Counted from the stretch's first letter, positions 27,764 through 37,959 are shown. The stretch: 45,109 nt of DNA from Candidatus Hydrogenedentales bacterium (GCA_044359155.1 JBIKMR010000003.1:1-45109); one strand, 5' to 3'. Program-made: numbers and translations. Notes: generated from the sequence alone by a model not told the origin.

Positions 27764-28363
27764 TTACTCCTCAATCACCACAGGAGGAGCCACCTTGAGT
27801 ATGCCGTGCTCTTCGAGCCCGAAGGTCCACACCTGCACGCCTTGCATGGCCATGACCTCTACCACGCCAAAGGTGAGCATGGCCGCGAAGATGCCGAACA
27901 GGAATAGCTGATAGCCCAGGCGCAGGTAACGGAATTTCTTGTGCGCAAGAAACTGGCCGCTTTGGTACATATCCCGCACGACGGCCTCGTAGGCCAGCTT
28001 GGGATCGTTACAGAGGGCCTCCATTTCCTTCACATAATCGTCGTGGTCCATGTCCGCATAGGTACCGAAAAAGAGCAGGTTGTAGTTAGAACTTTTTTTC
28101 GCCACGCGGCTGGTCGGTGGCTGGCTGGGCATAAGCACCACGATGGACGATAAGGCTGTCAGTGCGCAGAAAAGTATCGTGATGACGGCAGGCCATTGAA
28201 GCGCATGCTCATCCAGAAAGGGAATGCAAAAGGTCAGCATCAGGGAAGAGACGGTGAGCAGTATGTTGGCCTTGATGTCGGCCATGGCGTTGAGTTGCAG
28301 GTTCTGCTGGCGCGATTGGCGCAGCATCTGGTCCACATGACCTGCCGGTTCGTTAATATTCAT
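27764..28363 (-). CDS. DUF5706 / Pycsar effector-like membrane protein
   Basis: MADIKANILL, two TM helices, NLLFFG, 'KKFRYLR.GY' and a further TM. GGGGAGG SD before ATG 28363. Confidence 0.78.
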   Translation of the reverse strand: MNINEPAGHVDQMLRQSRQQNLQLNAMADIKANILLTVSSLMLTFCIPFLDEHALQWPAVITILFCALTALSSIVVLMPSQPPTSRVAKKSSNYNLLFFGTYADMDHDDYVKEMEALCNDPKLAYEAVVRDMYQSGQFLAHKKFRYLRLGYQLFLFGIFAAMLTFGVVEVMAMQGVQVWTFGLEEHGILKVAPPVVIEE

Positions 28364-28478
28364 GAGCCCCTCCCCTTCCATACGAACTCCGATGATAGCA
28401 GCCGCCAAGGCCTGAATGGCAAGGGCTTGGCCGGGGGCGTTAGAATGCCCGTCTGAAATCGCCACAAGGAGCTACCCC

Positions 28479-29378
28479 ATGTCTGCCGCAGATACCATGA
28501 CTTTCGACACGCCACCTGCGTTTGGTCCCATTTATCGCAAGGTGTTGTTTGGCAAGAAGCGCCCCGGCCTGCGCGCCGGTGCAACGTTGCCGCAGTTGGC
28601 GGCGGAGTGCAAGGGGGTTCGGATAGACGCGGCCAACCTGGCACTGTATCGCTCGGTGTGCCATATCGAGGGAGGTGCGGCGGTGCCGCTGCTGTATCCG
28701 CACGTGCTCACGGGCTCGCTGCACCTGGCCATCATGACACATGAAGCTTTCCCCCTCTCGATGATGGGCGCGGTTCACCTGCGCAACCATGTGCTGGGGC
28801 GGCGCGTGCTGGACCCGGCGGAGCCTTTCGACATTCATTGCTCGCTCGACGCGCACCGCCCTGCCAAGGCGGGCGTGGAGCTGGACGTGAGTACCACCCT
28901 GACCGATGCATCTGGTGCGCGGGCGTGGGAAAGCATCAGCACCTACCTGGTGCGTGGCAAGTTTGGCGAGGCTGTGGAGCTACCTGCCCGTGTGAACATT
29001 GCGGAGGTGGAGCCGACTGCCGAGGTGGCGGCGTGGTTCGTTCCCTCGGGCACGGGCCGCAAGTATGCCCGCGTGTGTGGGGACTGGAACCCCATCCACA
29101 TTTCCACCATCACCGCGAAGCTGTTCGGTTTCAAAAGCGAAATTGTGCATGGCATGTGGGCGGCAGCGGTGTGCCTGGGCAAGCTGCCCGAGGCGGGCGG
29201 TGCGGAACAGTGTGACCTGTTGTTCAAGGGCCCCACGTTCATGCGATCCAAGGTAAGGTTGTTGCGCGCCGACGCGGATGGCGGATCTCGCTTTGACCTG
29301 TTCTGCGGGTCCAACCCGAAGCCCTCGATTGCCGCATGGCGTCGGCCCGTGAACGCCAGCGCGAAGCTGGTCGGCTAG
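28479..29378 (+). CDS. MaoC-family (double hot-dog) dehydratase
   Basis: YARVCGDWNPIH...AKLFGF...HGMW hydratase motif; AAGGAG SD. Confidence 0.88.
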   Translation: MSAADTMTFDTPPAFGPIYRKVLFGKKRPGLRAGATLPQLAAECKGVRIDAANLALYRSVCHIEGGAAVPLLYPHVLTGSLHLAIMTHEAFPLSMMGAVHLRNHVLGRRVLDPAEPFDIHCSLDAHRPAKAGVELDVSTTLTDASGARAWESISTYLVRGKFGEAVELPARVNIAEVEPTAEVAAWFVPSGTGRKYARVCGDWNPIHISTITAKLFGFKSEIVHGMWAAAVCLGKLPEAGGAEQCDLLFKGPTFMRSKVRLLRADADGGSRFDLFCGSNPKPSIAAWRRPVNASAKLVG

Positions 29379-29382
29379 GCGC

Positions 29383-30606
29383 GTGGGCACTATCAAATAT
29401 ACCCGGCTCGCCGCCCCGCTTACGCTGCCCTGCGGCCATGTGATTCCGAATCGCTTCATCAAGGGGGCGATGACGGAGCAGATGTCCGACCGGCACAACG
29501 CGCCGACCGAAGCCTTGGTGCGCCTGTATGAGCGCTGGGGCAGGGGAGGTTGTGGTTGCTTGTTGACGGGCAACGTGATGGTGGATCGGCGCGCGCTCGA
29601 AGGACCGCGCAACGTGGCGGTGGAAGACGAGCGCGACCTGCCCATGCTGCGCCGCTGGGCGGAAGCTGCGCAGGCGAACGGCAGCCAGCTCTGGATGCAG
29701 ATCAGCCACCCCGGCAGACAGACTCCACGCGGCGTATCGAGCGAAGTGGTGGCACCATCCGCCGTGGCGCTGAAGGGTCAAGTGGGGCTGATGTTCACCA
29801 AGCCGCGTGCGTTGACGGAAGGCGAGATACACGAGCTGATTCAACGCTTCGCCCGCACGGCGGGGATAGCCAAGGAGGCGGGCTTCGCGGGCATACAGAT
29901 TCACAGCGCGCATGGCTATTTGAACAGCCAGTTCCTGACACCCTTGGTGAACCAGCGCACTGATCAGTGGGGCGGTTCGCTGGAAAACCGGATGCGGTTC
30001 CTGCTGGCGGTGGTGAGGCAGACGCGGGAGGCCGTGGGTGCCAACTACCCGATTGCCCTGAAGCTGAACAGCGCGGACTTCCAGCGTGGCGGCTTCACCG
30101 AGGAGGAATCCATGGCGGTGGTGCGGGCGCTGGAAGTAGCGGGCATTGACCTGTTGGAGATATCCGGCGGCAGCTATGAGCGACCAGTGATGGTGGGGAG
30201 CGGGATGCCCGAACAGCGCGACAGCACGCGCAGGCGCGAGGCTTACTTTCTGGAATACGCGGAGAAGGTGCGCAAGGAAACCCGCGTGCCGTTGATGCTG
30301 ATTGGCGGGCTGCGCTCCCCCATGGTGATGGAAGGGATATTGGCAGACGGCGCGGTGGACGTGATTGGCGTGGCCCGCCCGATGGCATTGGACCCAGACT
30401 TCTGCCGCAAGGCCATTGCCGGGGAAGTGGAGCGCGCGCACGAAGCAGACCTGCGCACGGGGCTGCGTTCGCTGGACGACATGCTGCAAAGCCTGTGGCA
30501 CCAGGAACAGTTCAAGCTGATGTCGGAGGGAAAAGAACCCAACCTGCGGCTGGGAAAGTGGGGCGCGCTGGGGCGCGGCCTTGCCAACATCTTTGGCCCG
30601 CGATAA
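29383..30606 (+). CDS. NADH:flavin oxidoreductase (Old Yellow Enzyme family)
   Basis: NRFIKGAMTE, QISHPGRQ, QIHSAHGYL.SQFL.P..N.RTD.WGGSLENR and KLNSADF. Confidence 0.92.
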   Translation: MGTIKYTRLAAPLTLPCGHVIPNRFIKGAMTEQMSDRHNAPTEALVRLYERWGRGGCGCLLTGNVMVDRRALEGPRNVAVEDERDLPMLRRWAEAAQANGSQLWMQISHPGRQTPRGVSSEVVAPSAVALKGQVGLMFTKPRALTEGEIHELIQRFARTAGIAKEAGFAGIQIHSAHGYLNSQFLTPLVNQRTDQWGGSLENRMRFLLAVVRQTREAVGANYPIALKLNSADFQRGGFTEEESMAVVRALEVAGIDLLEISGGSYERPVMVGSGMPEQRDSTRRREAYFLEYAEKVRKETRVPLMLIGGLRSPMVMEGILADGAVDVIGVARPMALDPDFCRKAIAGEVERAHEADLRTGLRSLDDMLQSLWHQEQFKLMSEGKEPNLRLGKWGALGRGLANIFGPR

Positions 30607-30621
30607 CGGGCACGCCACCGA

Positions 30622-30840
30622 CTACTTGTAGCGGTAGGTGATGCGGCCCTTGGTCAAGTCGTAGGGAGACATTTCCAGCAGCACCTTGTCACCCGGCAGA
30701 ATGCGGATGTAGTACTTGCGCATCTTGCCGGAAATATGGGCAAGCACCGTGTGGCCGTTGGCCAGCTTTACGCGAAACATGGCATTGGGCAACGGTTCAA
30801 GCACCGTTCCTTCCAGCTCAATCGCCTCTTCCTTATCCAT
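30622..30840 (-). CDS. infA: Translation initiation factor IF-1
   Basis: [44 protein letters not shown]; AAGGAG SD. Confidence 0.98.
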   Translation of the reverse strand: MDKEEAIELEGTVLEPLPNAMFRVKLANGHTVLAHISGKMRKYYIRILPGDKVLLEMSPYDLTKGRITYRYK

Positions 30841-30992
30841 CTTGCTCCTTCGCCCATTCGACCCGTGTTTGCCGATTAGACCCATGCGGCCCGGCACAAT
30901 GCGGCTATCGCCTGTAAACTCTTCGGGGCCGTGAGGATAACACGCGAGACGGGCGGAATGCCAACTAACCCGCCTTCTTCGTTAGCCTGTCA

Positions 30993-31021
30993 TTGACAAT
31001 ATGCCCTGCCTGCTGCATTGT
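30993..31021 (+). promoter_or_regulatory. Putative sigma70 promoter (possibly leaderless transcript)
   Basis: TTGACA-N17-CATTGT, ending 6 nt before ATG 31028, which has no SD. Confidence 0.4.
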
Positions 31022-31027
31022 GTGCGG

Positions 31028-32632
31028 ATGAATATCCACAACCTTTTCGTCATGGCTGCCTTGCTGGCCGCTGCAGGGGCATCTGCCCAGCCCACCTTCT
31101 CTTCCCACGTTGCCCCAATCATTTACAAAAACTGCACCGTTTGCCATCGGGAGGGCGGCGGCGCGCCTTACGCCCTCGTCACGTATGAAGATGTATCGCG
31201 CCGCGCGCGAATGATTGTTGAGGTGACCCAATCACAGCGTATGCCCCCGTGGCTGGCGGTTCGGGGGGAGGTGGAATTCCATAACGAGCGCGGCCTTAGC
31301 GCCGACGAGATAGAAACCCTGCGCGCATGGAGCGAGGCGGGGACTCCGCTTGGAGAAGCGTCCGCCGTGCCGCCTGCGCCGGTCTATCCTTCGGAATGGT
31401 TCCACGGCACGCCGGATATCCTGCTGGAAATGGAGGAGGAAATGGAGGTGCCGGCGGATGGGCCAGATATTTACCGGAATTTCGTGGTGCGCATCCCGGA
31501 TATCCCCGAGGGCAAGTACCTCTGCGGGATTGACTATAAGCCGCGCGCGGTGCAGTCCGCACACCACAGCCTTTTTTCTCTGGACACGAGCGGCGACATG
31601 CGTCGCGCATCGGACGCCGAACCTCGCCCGGGCTTTGGGGGGATGGAGGCCAACCTTATCTCGGGCCGGGTAGGCGGTTGGGCCGTGGGGGCGCAGCCCG
31701 ATTTCTTCCCCGAGGGCGTATCGCTGAAAGTGGCGCCAGGCACCGACCTGATGGTGAATGCGCATTTCCACCCCGTGGGCAAGCCCGAAATGGAGCGCGC
31801 GCGCATTGCGCTTTACCTTACGGATAAGCCGCCTACGCGTCATATGTACGCGCTGGAGATTCCCTTCGGCTTCGGCATTCCCTCGAACCTGCGCATCCCG
31901 CCGGGTGAGGCGAACTACGTCTTGAAAGAAAGTTTTGTATTGCCGGTAGACGTTATGCTTTCCGGCCTTGCCCCCCATGCCCACCTTATCGCCAAGGAAA
32001 TCAAGGCCGAGGCCACCTTCCCTGATGGTCGGTACATCAACCTGATACACGTTCCCAAATGGGATTTCGCGTGGCAGGAGCAATATCACTACAAGGAACC
32101 TATTGCCCTGCCTGCGGGCACGCGGATAGATTGCACCTTTGTCTATGACAACTCGGCAGACAATCCCTTCAACCCGCATAGCCCGCCAGAGGAAATCACA
32201 TGGGGGCCCAACACCACGGACGAGATGGCCTGCGTGACCTTGCGCGTGGTGATGGATAGCCCAGAGCAATTGGCAATGCTGAAGAAGGGTTATGGAGATT
32301 GGGTTAAGGAAGCCTTGACCCATGCCGACTTCGACATCATTGACGATGCCGTGAGCGCCCAGGAGAAAGACCGGCTTGACCTCAACGGCGACGGCAATGT
32401 CTCGTGGGCTGAGTCCATGGCGCTCCTTCGCCGCATACGCCAAATCATCACGGGTTCCCATGATGAACTGGGTATCGTGCACTTTCTGATTTGGCACTTG
32501 GTCAAGACTGAATTGCTGCCTTATCTGATACCAAGGCTTTCGATTGTTTTGCTGGTAATTTTCGGCATTGCATGGTGGAGACGGCGTCGGAGAAGGAACC
32601 GAATTCGAAAGCAATTGGAGCAGGGGACCTGA
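31028..32632 (+). CDS. Cytochrome c / copper type II ascorbate-dependent monooxygenase-like protein with EF-hand and C-terminal membrane anchor
   Basis: Signal peptide, CTVCH, MPPW, AHH, HFH, PHAH, WDF.WQ, DEM, DLNGDGNVSWAE, and a TM followed by WWRRRRRR. Confidence 0.75.
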   Translation: MNIHNLFVMAALLAAAGASAQPTFSSHVAPIIYKNCTVCHREGGGAPYALVTYEDVSRRARMIVEVTQSQRMPPWLAVRGEVEFHNERGLSADEIETLRAWSEAGTPLGEASAVPPAPVYPSEWFHGTPDILLEMEEEMEVPADGPDIYRNFVVRIPDIPEGKYLCGIDYKPRAVQSAHHSLFSLDTSGDMRRASDAEPRPGFGGMEANLISGRVGGWAVGAQPDFFPEGVSLKVAPGTDLMVNAHFHPVGKPEMERARIALYLTDKPPTRHMYALEIPFGFGIPSNLRIPPGEANYVLKESFVLPVDVMLSGLAPHAHLIAKEIKAEATFPDGRYINLIHVPKWDFAWQEQYHYKEPIALPAGTRIDCTFVYDNSADNPFNPHSPPEEITWGPNTTDEMACVTLRVVMDSPEQLAMLKKGYGDWVKEALTHADFDIIDDAVSAQEKDRLDLNGDGNVSWAESMALLRRIRQIITGSHDELGIVHFLIWHLVKTELLPYLIPRLSIVLLVIFGIAWWRRRRRRNRIRKQLEQGT

Positions 32633-32806
32633 GGCCGCAGTACTGATATGGCTTGCTCTATCGAGAAGAACTTGTCGAGATTCAAAAGCGCTTCTCTCTG
32701 CCTTGAAAGGCGCTGCCAGGAACAGTGCCGACAGCGAGAGAAACGCGTGGAATTGACTTTATGGCAATGACCACTAGTTCGTCGATCAGCTGATATAGCG
32801 TGTCGC

Positions 32807-34024
32807 TTATACTAATCCCAGCTCCTGCCACCGGTTCTTCCATTCCTGTGCCCAAGTGAAAACGTCACACGCGGGCATGGGCTTGGCGATGTAATACCCT
32901 TGCCCGTAGTTGCACTTGCGCGAGCGCAAGAAGTTCCAGTCCGTTTCGTCTTCAATGCCCTCGGCCACAACGGTCATGCCCAGTTGCGCGGCCATATAAA
33001 GGTTACCCTCCACAATGGCCCCTTGGGTGGCGTTGCTTGTAGCGCCGTGAACAAAGCTGCGATCGATCTTCAGCTCGGTAAAGGGCAGGTCTCGCAACTG
33101 GGCCAGCGAGGAATGCCCGGTTCCGAAGTCATCTATGGAAAGCGAAATACGCTTGAGGCGCAATCGCGCTAGTATGTCGAGTTGCCGGGTCATGTCCTGC
33201 GTCAGGCGTGATTCGGTAATCTCGAGCACCAGGGCCTCCGGCGGAACGTTGAGACGGTTCAGGTGCTCCTGCACCACGTTGGGAAACTCGAGACGATTCA
33301 GGTTCTCCATCGAAATGTTCACCGCAACGCTTATGTCGAGCCCTTCGCTGATCCAGGTTTGGTATTGCTCGATGGCCTGCACAAGAACAACCGTGGTTAA
33401 TTCTTCAATGAGGCCATGCTCCTCGGCGGAAGCAATGAATTGATCGGGAAACACTAGCCCATCTTCCGGGTGCTGCCAGCGCACCAAGGCTTCTACGCCA
33501 TAGAACGTTGCATCGTCGAGGCGCACCTTCGGCTGGTAATAATTCACGGTTTCATTCCGTGCCAGCGCCTGCCGAATCTCCTCCGCGCCGTATACCTTGA
33601 GAGGACCCTTAGTCCGTCTCGATAGATGGGTCCGCCAGTGATCAATGACCGCGTCGAGCGCGTCATTTTTGACCGGCTTGTTGAGAAACCCAACCACGTC
33701 GAGCTGATGCGCAGAAGCCAGTCTCGCCACGGTGTCTATCACGCGTGCATCTTCACCGCTCACCAGTGCCAATGCCCCGGCATATTTCGTTTCCACCAAC
33801 TTGCGCACAAACTCGACTCCGTCCATCTCGGGCATGTTCAGGTCGAGAAAGAGTAGCGGGTAGTCTCCGCCGTGGCAGGTGATGTGGGCCAGCGCGTCAG
33901 CGCCAATGATAAAGCTCTGCACCTCGGACAAACCATGGCGGGAGAGCTGCCGCGTGAAGAGGGCAATTTGAAAGGGGTCGTCGTCAACGATAAATACGTT
34001 GGGCTCTTCGGTTGTATTCTGCAC
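32807..34024 (-). CDS. REC-EAL response regulator (c-di-GMP phosphodiesterase)
   Basis: VDDD, DLNMPEMDG, YQP, EALVRW, EITES, DDFGTGHSS, AEGIE and QGY. Confidence 0.92.
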   Translation of the reverse strand: MQNTTEEPNVFIVDDDPFQIALFTRQLSRHGLSEVQSFIIGADALAHITCHGGDYPLLFLDLNMPEMDGVEFVRKLVETKYAGALALVSGEDARVIDTVARLASAHQLDVVGFLNKPVKNDALDAVIDHWRTHLSRRTKGPLKVYGAEEIRQALARNETVNYYQPKVRLDDATFYGVEALVRWQHPEDGLVFPDQFIASAEEHGLIEELTTVVLVQAIEQYQTWISEGLDISVAVNISMENLNRLEFPNVVQEHLNRLNVPPEALVLEITESRLTQDMTRQLDILARLRLKRISLSIDDFGTGHSSLAQLRDLPFTELKIDRSFVHGATSNATQGAIVEGNLYMAAQLGMTVVAEGIEDETDWNFLRSRKCNYGQGYYIAKPMPACDVFTWAQEWKNRWQELGLV

Positions 34025-37000
34025 TTAGTGTTTCTCCTTTGACTCGGCAACGGCATTGATGACCTCCACCATGCGCTTTTCAAGGTCCGACAGTAACAAT
34101 TCTATTTCCCTGCGGTCGCCGTGCAGTCCGTATGTTTCAATCTGCTGGTAGCACGCGCCCAGTGCGGCGGCGCCAATCGACTTCGCGGCAGACTTGATCC
34201 GGTGGGCAATGGCCGCCGTCCCCTTGCAGTTGCCTGCTGCAAGGGCTGAGCGGATCTCAAGGTTGCCCGTTTGGGCAGACTGCAAAAAGGAGGATAAGAA
34301 TTCTTCGACGACGTCGGCGTCCGTGCCCACCATGTCTTGAAGTACACGCACGTCGAGAACCGGCGTGGCATCTTTCTTCGGTTCTTCAGCTTCAGCCCTT
34401 GAAACTTCTTGGGTTTCGGGTGGGTTCGTCCATTTTTTTAGTATGCCCTTCAAGTCGGCAACGGCGGCGGGCTTCCTAAGGAAGTCGTTCACGCCCGCCT
34501 CCACGCAACGTTGACGCTCCGCTTCCGTCAAGCCTGACGCAAGCATGATAATGGGCGTGTTGCTGCCTTCCTCCATCCCTCGAATCACCTTGGCCAGCTC
34601 TTTTCCCGTCACTTCGGGCAGGTGCATATCGGTGATCACTACGTCTACAACGTCCCGATTCTTTGCATACAGCTCCTGCGCTTCCTTGGCATAGGCCGTA
34701 GTAATGACCTTATAGCCTTCCGATTCGATGACGCGCGCGACCAGCTCCCGGAATATCTCGTCATCCTCCACAAGCAATATCGTGTTGACTTTCTTGGGCG
34801 CTGGAGCGGCAACTTTTTCTTCTGGCGGGGGCGATTGCCTGGGGGGCTCGACGACTGCGGCTTGGCCCGCCTCGGTGATATTGTCTGGGCTGGACAAGAT
34901 ATCCCGGAGTTTGGTCAACAAGGCTTCGGAGGTGTAGGGCTTGGGTATGAAATGGTTGACGCCCGCCCCGAAGGCCTTGGCATAATTCCCATTCGCAGCC
35001 AATCCGCTGGACCCGATGATGCGCACGTTCGGGTCTACTGCCCTGAGCTCAGTTATCATGCTGGGCCCATCCATTACGGGCATACTCATGTCTGTCAGGA
35101 TTACGGCAATCTCTTTGCGGTGCGCCAGGAACTGCGACAGGCCCTCGCCGCCATGGCTTGCCAGCATTACGCGATACCCATAGCGTTCCAGCGCCCTGCG
35201 CGTTATATCGAGAATGCTCTCCTCATCGTCCACGACAAGTATCAGCTCGCCATTTCCTCGCGGCAACTGCGATTGCGTGATGGAGACGTCTTTCGTGAAT
35301 TCCAAACTGGTCAGGGCCACCCAATAGATCTCGAACTTCGTCCCCTTGCCCGGCTCACTGTATAACTTGATGAATCCGCCATTGTCGCGAATAATCGAAA
35401 ACGTGGTCGAAAGCCCGAGTCCGGTTCCCTTGCCGATATCCTTGGTGGTGAAGAAGGGCTCGAATACTTTCTCCTGAATCTCCTTCGACATGCCGCAACC
35501 CGTGTCTTCCACTTCCAATACGACATAGGGACCGGGCTTTCCTTGCGCATTCATTTGGGACAACGACTCGTCAGCAAACAGGTTCGAGAGGGTTATCGAC
35601 AGCTTGCCGCCGCTGGGCATGGCGTCCCGCGCGTTTACATAGAGATTCATCAACACCTGGTGGAGTTGCGTCGGGTCGGCATTCACGCTCCAGAGGTCGT
35701 CTGCTGCCTCGAATGAGAACACGATGTTTCGCGGAAAGGTGTCTTGCGCAATCTTCTGCACTTCCCGGGCGATATGCACCGGGTTGACCTGGATGCGTTT
35801 CCCCTCGACCCCCCGCGCGAATCCCAGCACCTGCCGAATCAAAGCCGCTCCACGCTCGGCGCTGCGCTTCAGTGTGTCCAGGGTCGCCATCCCATCGACA
35901 GTATGTACATCGTCCTTCAGCACCTCGGCTGCCATGAGGATCGGCGCGAGGATATTGTTTAGGTCATGCGCAATGCCCCCGGCCAGGGTGCCAATGCTTT
36001 CCATGCGCTGTGAACGGAGAAACTGTTGTTCCAGTTTCTTTCGCTCGGTCACGTCGGTGTAGATCGCAAGGATCGACTTGGGCTTCCCTTGGTTGTCGCG
36101 CAGCAAGGTACATCGGGCAAGCACGGTAACGGTCTTTCCCTGCTTGGTGAGGTGCTGCATCTCGCCGGACCAGTCGCCTGATTCCAGTGTTTTTTCCGTA
36201 CACGCCGGCTGGGGCTCAGGTTCCCCGTAGAGGAAGTCCGCAACGGACTTGCCCAATATCTCGTCACCGCTCCATCCGTATACCGCCTCTGCGCCACGGT
36301 TCCAATATAGAACCCGGCCATCCAAATCGCGCACCATGATGGCGTCGCTCGCCTCATCCAGCAGGGCGGCCTGCTCGGCCAGGTGCATCTCTACTTCTTT
36401 GCGTTCCGTCATATTGCGCACGAGCGCAATGTCGTAGCCACGCCCTTCCCACTCGAAGTAGTTTGCATTGACCTCAACGGGAAACACGCGATGATCCTTG
36501 CGGCGGCACATGGATTCGAAGTTGCTCGAACCATTCTTGATAATAAATTCCCAGTGGTCTTGCCACTGAGATTCGGTAAACTCGGGGTCGATGTCGAAGA
36601 CGCGCATGGTGAGCAGTTCTTCGCGGCTGTAGCCCAGCGAGCGGCACGCGCCCTCGTTCACGTGCAGAAACCGCGCATTGGAATCGATCAGGTACATGGC
36701 CTCATGCAGGTGGTCTTGCGCGAACTCGAGCATGGCAAGTCTCTCTTCGCTGCGCTTGCGCTCACTGATGTCACGAAAAGAGACAACCGCCCCGGCTAAT
36801 CTGCCGGTCTCATCTTTCACCGGAGAACAGGTGTACTCCACCGGGAAGCTGCTTCCGTCCTTACGAAAGAACACCTCTTCGTTCACCATCCGTGTTTTGC
36901 CGTCTTGCAGGGTCCGATGTAACGGGCATTCTTCTATCGGGTTTTTGCTGCCATCGGCGCGGTGGTGATGAATCAGCTCATGGGCTTTTTGCCCCAACAT

Positions 37001-37681
37001 CTCCCCCTCGCTCCAGCCAAAGAGCGCAACGCCGGCGGCATTCTCAAACAGGATGCGCCCATCGAGATCGATGCGGTGGACCCCCTCGGCGATCGATCCC
37101 AGGATGAGGCGCAACTCCTCCTTCGTTTCGGACAATAGGGATTCCCTGGCGCTTAGTTGAATCTCGGCCAGCTTTCGGTCGGTGATGTTGATGTGCATCA
37201 CCACGGCGCTCGCGCGTTCTTCCTGATCGAGCGGCGTGGCTACGAGCCGGAACCAGCGTTGTTCCCCGGGCGAATGGCAGGGGTATTCCAGCGCGAAATG
37301 GGGGGCCGACTTGTCGAGCACAGAACGAATGCCCGCCGCTGCGGCAGAGGCTTCCTCGGAATATTCCCCCTTGGCGCCGTCGCATATATGGAGGTAGTTG
37401 TCGCCCATGCAGGAATCGGGATCATCAAGCGCATTGGCAGAGCCAAACTGCTCCCACGCTTCGTTTACGTTCATGATGACGCCATCCGGGTCGAGCAACG
37501 CAATCTGTGTAGGCACGGCATTGAGCATGGCTGCGCCCTGTTCCGCTCGCCGCGTCTTGGCAGCATTCATTTGATCGAGAGGTATCATCCCTGCAGCCGC
37601 ATGGGATTCCAGCGCGTCGTCCAGATGAACGTCATGTTCCGACGCCGCGCCATCCTGTTGTGCTTTTTCCCCTGACTTCAT
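34025..37681 (-). CDS. Hybrid sensor histidine kinase (4 PAS, HisKA, HATPase, 2 REC, Hpt)
   Basis: Four PAS/PAC repeats, GIAHDLNNIL, NLYVNARDAM, D.G.G, GTGLGL, two receiver domains and AHRIKSAA.SIGA. Confidence 0.92.
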   Translation of the reverse strand: MKSGEKAQQDGAASEHDVHLDDALESHAAAGMIPLDQMNAAKTRRAEQGAAMLNAVPTQIALLDPDGVIMNVNEAWEQFGSANALDDPDSCMGDNYLHICDGAKGEYSEEASAAAAGIRSVLDKSAPHFALEYPCHSPGEQRWFRLVATPLDQEERASAVVMHINITDRKLAEIQLSARESLLSETKEELRLILGSIAEGVHRIDLDGRILFENAAGVALFGWSEGEMLGQKAHELIHHHRADGSKNPIEECPLHRTLQDGKTRMVNEEVFFRKDGSSFPVEYTCSPVKDETGRLAGAVVSFRDISERKRSEERLAMLEFAQDHLHEAMYLIDSNARFLHVNEGACRSLGYSREELLTMRVFDIDPEFTESQWQDHWEFIIKNGSSNFESMCRRKDHRVFPVEVNANYFEWEGRGYDIALVRNMTERKEVEMHLAEQAALLDEASDAIMVRDLDGRVLYWNRGAEAVYGWSGDEILGKSVADFLYGEPEPQPACTEKTLESGDWSGEMQHLTKQGKTVTVLARCTLLRDNQGKPKSILAIYTDVTERKKLEQQFLRSQRMESIGTLAGGIAHDLNNILAPILMAAEVLKDDVHTVDGMATLDTLKRSAERGAALIRQVLGFARGVEGKRIQVNPVHIAREVQKIAQDTFPRNIVFSFEAADDLWSVNADPTQLHQVLMNLYVNARDAMPSGGKLSITLSNLFADESLSQMNAQGKPGPYVVLEVEDTGCGMSKEIQEKVFEPFFTTKDIGKGTGLGLSTTFSIIRDNGGFIKLYSEPGKGTKFEIYWVALTSLEFTKDVSITQSQLPRGNGELILVVDDEESILDITRRALERYGYRVMLASHGGEGLSQFLAHRKEIAVILTDMSMPVMDGPSMITELRAVDPNVRIIGSSGLAANGNYAKAFGAGVNHFIPKPYTSEALLTKLRDILSSPDNITEAGQAAVVEPPRQSPPPEEKVAAPAPKKVNTILLVEDDEIFRELVARVIESEGYKVITTAYAKEAQELYAKNRDVVDVVITDMHLPEVTGKELAKVIRGMEEGSNTPIIMLASGLTEAERQRCVEAGVNDFLRKPAAVADLKGILKKWTNPPETQEVSRAEAEEPKKDATPVLDVRVLQDMVGTDADVVEEFLSSFLQSAQTGNLEIRSALAAGNCKGTAAIAHRIKSAAKSIGAAALGACYQQIETYGLHGDRREIELLLSDLEKRMVEVINAVAESKEKH

Positions 37682-37836
37682 GCAGCTCTACCTTTACCCT
37701 TCCCGCCGTCGAGCATTCGCAAGGTGGCCCGACACCAAGATTGGCCGTTCGCCCAACCTTTGAATTCTTATATAAACTCAGCAATTGGAATATATGAATT
37801 ACTCCAATAGGATATGCCTCAACGCTACTCCGAAGA

Positions 37837-37869
37837 GGTAAAGCTTTGGTAAAGTTTTGGTAAATCTTT
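37837..37869. repeat. Three tandem 11-bp direct repeats in a divergent intergenic region
   Basis: GGTAAAGCTTT / GGTAAAGTTTT / GGTAAATCTTT. Confidence 0.75.
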
Positions 37870-37959
37870 TGAGTTAAACCCTTCGCGACAAGGCCAAACC
37901 TCCCGTCCACCCTTTAGTGCTCTTGGTGAAAAAAACTCTTTCTTCCCGCATTTCCCGGA

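Noticed and set aside
27038-27907. 289-aa His/Asp-rich ORF (+) and antisense Ile/His-rich ORF 27122-27568
   Set aside because: These are shadow frames of the ATG/TGC-rich gene. The + ORF starts upstream of the promoter and runs through the terminator, whereas frame 27198 has an SD and an internal repeat.
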